DNA of 64,000 bases from Eledone cirrhosa (lineage: Eukaryota). Every line of letters begins with the position of its first letter. The stretch's first letter is position 1. Made by a program: the position numbers and the translations under genes. Positions 56,347-64,000 of this stretch are shown one piece after another. Below the pieces are notes generated by a model that did no database searches, had not been told where the DNA came from, and saw only the letters and a program-made list of their open reading frames with translations. Location of the stretch: NCBI GenBank assembly GCA_964016885.1, contig OZ024747.1, forward strand, positions 88,660,001-88,724,000, in the 5' to 3' direction.

Positions 56347-57262
56347 TGTATATATATAAAACTGAGGATGTCTGTCTGTGTGTGTGTGAGTTTGAATCCC
56401 TAAAACTCGAGAATCACCCAACTGACTGTTTTCAAACTTTACACATGTAATACTTATGTTACAGAAAGTGCTCTGAACAAAAATATTTCAAATTTTCAAT
56501 ACCCTAGGGACCACATTAGGCGATTTAGCGATCTCTGTCTATAATTCTTAGTCTTTCTCTTTTTAGATAGATACATACATATAACCTCGCGCCTTTATAA
56601 TATATGTCTGTATGTCTGGCTGTCTGCATTACGTCACTTTCCTGAGGGTGTCTGTCTCTGTGTGTGTCTGTGAGTTTGAATCCCTAAAACTCGAGAAGTA
56701 CCCAACCGATTTATTTCAAACTTTATATGTGTATTACTTATGTTTCAGGGAGTGTTATGCACATAAAAAATTCAACTTTTTGATCTCGCATTAGGTGAAA
56801 AACTGCGTTTTTAAAGTTGTTTATGGGGTTTTTGAGGCGTTACGTCAGACCGATTTCCTTGAAATTGTAACCATGTATTAGTCCGTCTCTTCTTCATACC
56901 TTGAGCGAAGAAAAACCAACTTTTTTATGGCCTAGGGCCCGAATTAGGTGAAAAACTTCATTTTTTTTCAGCTTTTTAGGGCTTTTTGGAGGCATTACGT
57001 CTAGTCGATTTTCCCGAAATTTCAAGGCATATTATGCACATAAAAAAAATTCATTTTCTTGATCCCCTAGGGCCCGCGTTAGGTGAAAACCTGCATTTTT
57101 CCTGCTTCAGCGAGGAAAATCTTAAAGATTATCCAGCCATCAGAGTATTCGGTTTATTTTCTTTACATATTGTCCAGGCATGCAGTTTTTCCACGATTAG
57201 GTCTGTTGGCGGCCCGCCTTCCAAAATACCTTATTCCGTGCAACGCCGGGTACCACTGCTAG
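56347..57262 (+). mobile_element. Non-autonomous Helitron with internal duplication of its 5' region
   Basis: 5' TATATATATAAAACTGAGGATGTCTGTCTG resembles 42619; 3' end is CCGTGCAACGCCGGG...CTGCTAG|T. 56362-56460 is repeated at ~56642-56745. Confidence 0.8.
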
Positions 57263-57689
57263 TGTAAAATAAAAATAATTTTAAAAGCCATACAATGCAT
57301 TAGAAAATTAAAGGTGCCAAGATAACGATAGAAGTTTACCTTAGCAAATTTAATAATCCCAAATATTTAAAAACCCATTATCAAAGAAGTATCCCTGTGG
57401 AAGTCTTAAAGAACTGCTCGGAGATGGGTTGATGTTAGGAAGGCAGATTTAATTTGAATGTAAGGAAACGACGGTAAAATTTCGAGCGTGCGCCTTGTGA
57501 AATATGTATGAGAAAAAGTGTTTGATATATGCATGTGTGTGAGTGAATGGTAGTATGCTTAGTGGTAGACGTATGTGTATGACGTATGTATGTGTGTGCA
57601 TGAGTGTAAGTTTACGTAGTGAAAGGCGTGTGTGAATATGTATGCGATATAAAGGCAGGTGGAATTCCCGACTGGGTTTTGTATCTCTC

Positions 57690-57892
57690 TGTAGGACAGA
57701 ACAAAGGAGAGACACAAAATAAAAACTTAGTCACGGAGGAGGTCACAGAATGTGTGACGAAAGAGCTTTGACAATATGTAAACAACCTTCCGGTTATTGA
57801 ACCAACCAACCAATCGGAAATTTATAATAAATTGAAGTGAAAACCAACAGGTGCATTGGTTTTTATTAGCAGCATGACCCTCCCAAAGTATA
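57690..57892 (+). mobile_element. Family E element with a mutated hammerhead core (57730-57772)
   Basis: Homologous to 55756-56005; core reads CGGAGGA instead of CTGATGA; ends in (TA)n. Confidence 0.72.
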
Positions 57893-57901
57893 TATATATA
57901 T

Positions 57902-58103
57902 ATAGGAACAAGTATGACCCCGACGGCAGAGCTCAAGCCGTTTCGACGGGTATTTCTGGACTACATAAACTAGAAATAGCCTTCAAAACGGCTTGAGTTC
58001 TGCCGTCGGGGTCATACTTTTTCCTATTATCCACTCTACTACTCTAAGTATTGAGTACTCTGGTACATTACGGTCCATCTGGTTCCGTACCACAATTCCT
58101 TCG

Positions 58104-58106
<3 letters not shown>
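57902..58106 (+). mobile_element. Family D element with inverted partial copy in (TA)n
   Basis: Same architecture as 14284-14507. Confidence 0.75.
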
Positions 58107-58154
<48 letters not shown>

Positions 58155-58157
<3 letters not shown>

Positions 58158-58322
58158 TCTGTCCGCTTTTTATGCGAACTTGAAGTACGCGATATTCGCT
58201 TTAACGCGACTGCTTTTTACTTTTTTTTCGTTATCAGAAAATTAGACTTGAATTACGTGAATTTGCTTTACGCGCCGCATTTACGAACGCATCTTCGCGT
58301 AGCGTAAAACACGAACAGACTG
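58155..58322. mobile_element. Tigger/pogo-like MITE
   Basis: TA|CAGTCTGTCCGCTTTTTATGC...GCGTAAAACACGAACAGACTG. Confidence 0.65.
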
Positions 58323-58494
58323 CATATATATTACGTTAATACAGGTATATATAAATTGTCTTATTTACAAAAATATTTTTCTAATATTACTGTTTTCTCT
58401 CGCACAATAATCTCTAGGTGAGAAAGCAAACTATATTGTAGCAACATGATTAAATATTATGCATTAGGACAATGGGATTGATGAGTTAATATCT

Positions 58495-59121
58495 GTATAC
58501 AACAACTACAACGGTACGCGATGGGGCCCACCCAGAGTCCCGGCGGACAGAATGGAGAAGGCGTTTCCCCGGAGGACGGCAAGGGAGACGCGCTGGAAAA
58601 GCCACTCCAACTCGCGGGGCTCACACCTGCGGCTGGCCAGCTCAGCACCTATGGTGGTGAGTAAGGAGGTAGCCCTGGGGGCCGAGGACACCAGAAGTCT
58701 CCACTGCCAGGGGTACAACCGCAAACCTGTCAGAGAGCGACCGGTATTTCAGGAGTTTGGCCCCCTCAGCCTGACGTTCAGCAGAACCTGGGTCAGTCGC
58801 AGACTACTCCAGGTTGCGCTGCAGAAAGTATCGGTGCAAGTGGCATCCCAGACGAGGGGTTTGCCACCGTGGAACGGGAAGATGGTCATGACATCTGGCC
58901 TTTTGCCATCCCCTCGATCCAGCCCCACCGGCTCGAGCTGGGAAGGGAAGCCTGCAGCGTCCAAGCCATGCTTAATGACCTCGTTGAGGGCAGCATGGCG
59001 CGGAATGCGGACGGCACTGTGGCGACAGGAAAGCGGGTGGAGGCCGAAAGAGTCCACGGTGGAACCGCAGCGACATTGGTGTGGCTGGCAGATCCGGAGG
59101 CTGAGCCTCAGGGAAACGCCG
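58495..59121 (-). mobile_element. 5'-truncated CRE-clade non-LTR retrotransposon (CCHC plus restriction-like endonuclease region), frameshifted
   Basis: 'CRCG...GLHPLSC...[12 protein letters not shown]...[31 protein letters not shown]' and 'E.R...LFQRVSLAVLRGNA' are characteristic of CRE-type RLE domains. The segment is GC-rich and is truncated at a TA run. Confidence 0.85.
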
Positions 59122-59233
59122 ATATATATATATATGTAAGTGTGTGTGTAGTTATGGGTACATATATGTGTATAAATGTTATATTTTAGGATGGTCATGT
59201 TGCTAATAAAATGCATATCTACAAATGATAAAT

Positions 59234-59283
<50 letters not shown>

Positions 59284-59336
59284 TATATATATATATATAT
59301 ACCTACATATATATATACATATACATATACATATAC

Positions 59337-59413
<77 letters not shown>

Positions 59414-59681
59414 TATATATATATATATACATATGCATATATACATATACATATATATATATATATATATACATATATATATACATTTACATATATATAT
59501 ATATACATATATATATATACATATGCATATATATATATATATACATATATATATACATGTACATATACATATACATGTATATATATATATATATACGTAT
59601 ATGTATATATATATGTATATATATATATGTAGGTATATATATATATAATTATATATATATATATAATTATATATATATATA

Positions 59682-59729
<48 letters not shown>

Positions 59730-59849
59730 TATAGACATAGAATATTCGAAAATATTCTGTATGTTTATAATAAACATTTTGAAGACCTAATCGCTATAGA
59801 ATAGAATACGTCACGTATTACAATTAGATTCTCGATAAAAGCAAGGGAA

Positions 59850-59892
59850 GTAATCTACGCGTTTCATTCTCGTTAGAAATCATCAGGACTAC
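59850..59892 (-). ncRNA. Type I hammerhead ribozyme (also at 60160-60202 and 60470-60512)
   Basis: Reverse complement of the 60588-60630 motif. Confidence 0.88.
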
Positions 59893-60587
59893 ATATCCAG
59901 TGCTTTTATCGAGAATGACACAGCTAGAGACTTATAGAATACTTAGCTGTGTACAGGAACTGGTTTGAAAGAGCGGTTGCCGGTCCGGCAGAAATTAGAA
60001 ATTGGAATAAATGCTCTGAAATAGCGATATATATGTGAATATAGACATAGAATATTCGAAAATATTCTGTATGTTTATAATAAACATTTTGAAGACCTAA
60101 TCGCTATAGAATAGAATACGTCACGTATTACAATTAGATTCTCGATAAAAGCAAGGGAAGTAATCTACGCGTTTCATTCTCGTTAGAAATCATCAGGACT
60201 ACATATCCAGTGCTTTTATCGAGAATGACACAGCTAGAGACTTATAGAATACTTAGCTGTGTACAGGAACTGGTTTGAAAGAGCGGTTGCCGGTCCGGCA
60301 GAAATTAGAAATTGGAATAAATGCTCTGAAATAGCGATATATATGTGAATATAGACATAGAATATTCGAAAATATTCTGTATGTTTATAATAAACATTTT
60401 GAAGACCTAATCGCTATAGAATAGAATACGTCACGTATTACAATTAGATTCTCGATAAAAGCAAGGGAAGTAATCTACGCGTTTCATTCTCGTTAGAAAT
60501 CATCAGGACTACATATCCAGTGCTTTTATCGAGAATGACACAGCTAGAGACTTTAGCTGTGTCATTCTCGATAAAAGCACTGGATAT

Positions 60588-60630
60588 GTAGTCCTGATGA
60601 TTTCTAACGAGAATGAAACGCGTAGATTAC
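60588..60630 (+). ncRNA. Type I hammerhead ribozyme (also at 60898-60940, 61208-61250, 61518-61560, 61828-61870, 62138-62180)
   Basis: GTAGTC-CTGATGA-T-TTCT[AACG]AGAA-T-GAAA-CGCG-TA|GATTAC. Stem I is extended by a 16-bp stem ATTCTCGATAAAAGCA/TGCTTTTATCGAGAAT. Predicted cut after 60624. Confidence 0.9.
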
Positions 60631-62337
60631 TTCCCTTGCTTTTATCGAGAATCTAATTGTAATACGTGACGTATTCTATTCTATAGCGATTAGGTCTTCA
60701 AAATGTTTATTATAAACATACAGAATATTTTCGAATATTCTATGTCTATATTCACATATATATCGCTATTTCAGAGCATTTATTCCAATTTCTAATTTCT
60801 GCCGGACCGGCAACCGCTCTTTCAAACCAGTTCCTGTACACAGCTAAGTATTCTATAAGTCTCTAGCTGTGTCATTCTCGATAAAAGCACTGGATATGTA
60901 GTCCTGATGATTTCTAACGAGAATGAAACGCGTAGATTACTTCCCTTGCTTTTATCGAGAATCTAATTGTAATACGTGACGTATTCTATTCTATAGCGAT
61001 TAGGTCTTCAAAATGTTTATTATAAACATACAGAATATTTTCGAATATTCTATGTCTATATTCACATATATATCGCTATTTCAGAGCATTTATTCCAATT
61101 TCTAATTTCTGCCGGACCGGCAACCGCTCTTTCAAACCAGTTCCTGTACACAGCTAAGTATTCTATAAGTCTCTAGCTGTGTCATTCTCGATAAAAGCAC
61201 TGGATATGTAGTCCTGATGATTTCTAACGAGAATGAAACGCGTAGATTACTTCCCTTGCTTTTATCGAGAATCTAATTGTAATACGTGACGTATTCTATT
61301 CTATAGCGATTAGGTCTTCAAAATGTTTATTATAAACATACAGAATATTTTCGAATATTCTATGTCTATATTCACATATATATCGCTATTTCAGAGCATT
61401 TATTCCAATTTCTAATTTCTGCCGGACCGGCAACCGCTCTTTCAAACCAGTTCCTGTACACAGCTAAGTATTCTATAAGTCTCTAGCTGTGTCATTCTCG
61501 ATAAAAGCACTGGATATGTAGTCCTGATGATTTCTAACGAGAATGAAACGCGTAGATTACTTCCCTTGCTTTTATCGAGAATCTAATTGTAATACGTGAC
61601 GTATTCTATTCTATAGCGATTAGGTCTTCAAAATGTTTATTATAAACATACAGAATATTTTCGAATATTCTATGTCTATATTCACATATATATCGCTATT
61701 TCAGAGCATTTATTCCAATTTCTAATTTCTGCCGGACCGGCAACCGCTCTTTCAAACCAGTTCCTGTACACAGCTAAGTATTCTATAAGTCTCTAGCTGT
61801 GTCATTCTCGATAAAAGCACTGGATATGTAGTCCTGATGATTTCTAACGAGAATGAAACGCGTAGATTACTTCCCTTGCTTTTATCGAGAATCTAATTGT
61901 AATACGTGACGTATTCTATTCTATAGCGATTAGGTCTTCAAAATGTTTATTATAAACATACAGAATATTTTCGAATATTCTATGTCTATATTCACATATA
62001 TATCGCTATTTCAGAGCATTTATTCCAATTTCTAATTTCTGCCGGACCGGCAACCGCTCTTTCAAACCAGTTCCTGTACACAGCTAAGTATTCTATAAGT
62101 CTCTAGCTGTGTCATTCTCGATAAAAGCACTGGATATGTAGTCCTGATGATTTCTAACGAGAATGAAACGCGTAGATTACTTCCCTTGCTTTTATCGAGA
62201 ATCTAATTGTAATACGTGACGTATTCTATTCTATAGCGATTAGGTCTTCAAAATGTTTATTATAAACATACAGAATATTTTCGAATATTCTATGTCTATA
62301 TTCACATATATATCGCTATTTCAGAGCATTTATTCCA

Positions 62338-62376
<39 letters not shown>

Positions 62377-62555
62377 GAAAAATTGAACAGGGACAGAACA
62401 GAGAGGCAGTACAATAAATGTTTATTAAATTCACGCTCAGGAGAGTGGGGGGTATATGCAATTTATCATTTGTAGATATGCATTTTATTAGCAACATGAC
62501 CATCCTAAAATATAACATTTATACACATATATGTACCCATAACTACACACACACT

Positions 62556-62633
<78 letters not shown>

Positions 62634-62944
62634 TAAATATGTGCGTGTGTGTGAGAGAGAGAGTGAGAGTGAGTGTGTGTATACAATTTATTCTACATAA
62701 AATATACGTGGAGATGTATGTGATATGAATTTATACAAATTATAATTCAGAGGTGTATTCACACATTCTACGTTATTATTGAAATTTGAGATATTGTTCC
62801 TCTGGTCGATTGGTGACACAATACATTCTTAGAAGAAGAAGAAGAAGAAGAAGAAGAAGAAGAAATCAAGACATATCAATTACGTTTTTTTAACACAGAT
62901 GTTGCTGTATATATGGAGGAAAAAGTACATACGTTATGTATATG

Positions 62945-63037
<93 letters not shown>

Positions 63038-63040
<3 letters not shown>

Positions 63041-63180
63041 GGCGCATGGCTTAGTGGTTAAAGCATTGGGCTTGCAATCGAAAGGTTGTGAGTTCAATTC
63101 TCGGACCGGGTGATGTGTTATTTCCTTGAGCAAGACACTTTATTTCACGTTGCTCCAGTTTACTCAGCTGTAGAAATGAG
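63038..63180 (+). mobile_element. SINE family B 5' part
   Basis: A box TGGCTTAGTGG, B box GAGTTCAATTC, then TCCTTGAGCAAGACACTTTATTTCACGTTGCTCCAG. Confidence 0.85.
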
Positions 63181-63323
63181 TACCGGCCTGCCAGCCCAGC
63201 CAGTGGGATGGCGTTATCTTATGGCTAAAACAGCACAACGTGCTGTGACCAGCGGAGCCAATTGACGCCCGACAGGCTGGTCGGTCAAGGTGATATATAT
63301 ATATATATATATATATCACCTTG

Positions 63324-63364
<41 letters not shown>

Positions 63365-63368
63365 CTTG

Positions 63369-63432
<64 letters not shown>

Positions 63433-63627
63433 AGATCAAAAGATGGTTAAAGGAGTTCCATGTATTTTATTATGCGCATTTCAAAAACAAACATCATCAT
63501 GCAATAATATTTGTGTTTTCATCAGATAAAACAGGAGAACATGATATGAAGGCTAAAAAACACTTGTGGATAGTGCAGTTTTAAATCAACATATGAAAAG
63601 TGGTTTTAGATTGATGTGTGATATTGG

Positions 63628-64000
63628 GAAAAATATTTTATTTAGAGAGGGGGGGGTGGAAAGGATGAAAAAGGGGAGGAGATGAGAGGGAGAGATGGGT
63701 GATAGAGAGAAAGAGATAGTTTTTATAACTGAGAGAAGATATATTGTTTTACATAGAGAGGTTGAAAACCGTTGGAAGATAATGTATAAATTAAAAGAAT
63801 TTGAAAATTAACGAAGGGAAGATATGTACGAGGAAAAAATATTTTATTTAGGGAGGGGGGGGGTGAAAAAAGGGGGAGGAGATGAGAGTGAAGGTGGAGA
63901 GGGAGAGATGGGTGATAGAGAGAAAGAGATAGTTTTTATAACTGAGAAAAGATATATTGTTTTACATAGAGAGGTTTAGAACCGTTGGAAGATAATGTAT
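63628..64000. repeat. ~210-bp purine-rich tandem duplication running off the window end
   Basis: 63628-63787 is repeated at 63835-64000 (GGGAGAGATGGGTGATAGAGAGAAAGAGATAGTTTTTATAACTGAG...ACCGTTGGAAGATAATGTAT). Confidence 0.85.

Larger units (their letters stand above)
59722..62341. mobile_element. Retrozyme-like array: 310-bp hammerhead-containing unit, ~2.7 copies (-) and ~5.8 copies (+) head-to-head
   Basis: Period of 310 (unit starts at 59727, 60037, 60347), inversion point ~60552, units identical by eye, both ends in (TA)n. Confidence 0.9.

Noticed and set aside
58552-59139. 195-aa plus-strand ORF
   Set aside because: It is the antisense shadow of the minus-strand CRE retrotransposon frame.
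63045-63110. tRNA gene
   Set aside because: A and B boxes are present but run directly into the SINE B body, so this is a SINE head. The same applies to family A heads.

Overview
AT-rich, microsatellite-saturated animal DNA; the repeat content and style suggest a coleoid cephalopod such as Octopus, which is an inference. The only clear host gene is the 3' part of an intronless class A GPCR at 1-861. Almost all other listed ORFs are translations of (TA)n, (CA)n or (GAA)n tracts. The rest is a dense mosaic of tRNA-derived SINEs, LINE remnants (RTE/Rex3-Expander-like, CR1, L1/Tx1, CRE), a Penelope-like GIY-YIG remnant, non-autonomous Helitrons and MITEs. The main hidden signal is hammerhead ribozymes (HHRs). 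At 59722-62341 a near-identical 310-bp unit is arrayed head-to-head (~2.7 units on -, ~5.8 on +) inside (TA)n. Every unit carries a complete type I hammerhead with a palindromic stem III, so the array looks like a young retrozyme predicted to give 310-nt self-cleaved monomers or circRNAs. At least four more HHR-bearing, Penelope-type short element families sit in or beside microsatellites, usually with an inverted partial copy. Two copies carry the compensatory U3-A8 catalytic-core variant. All folds were derived by eye and no database searches were run.
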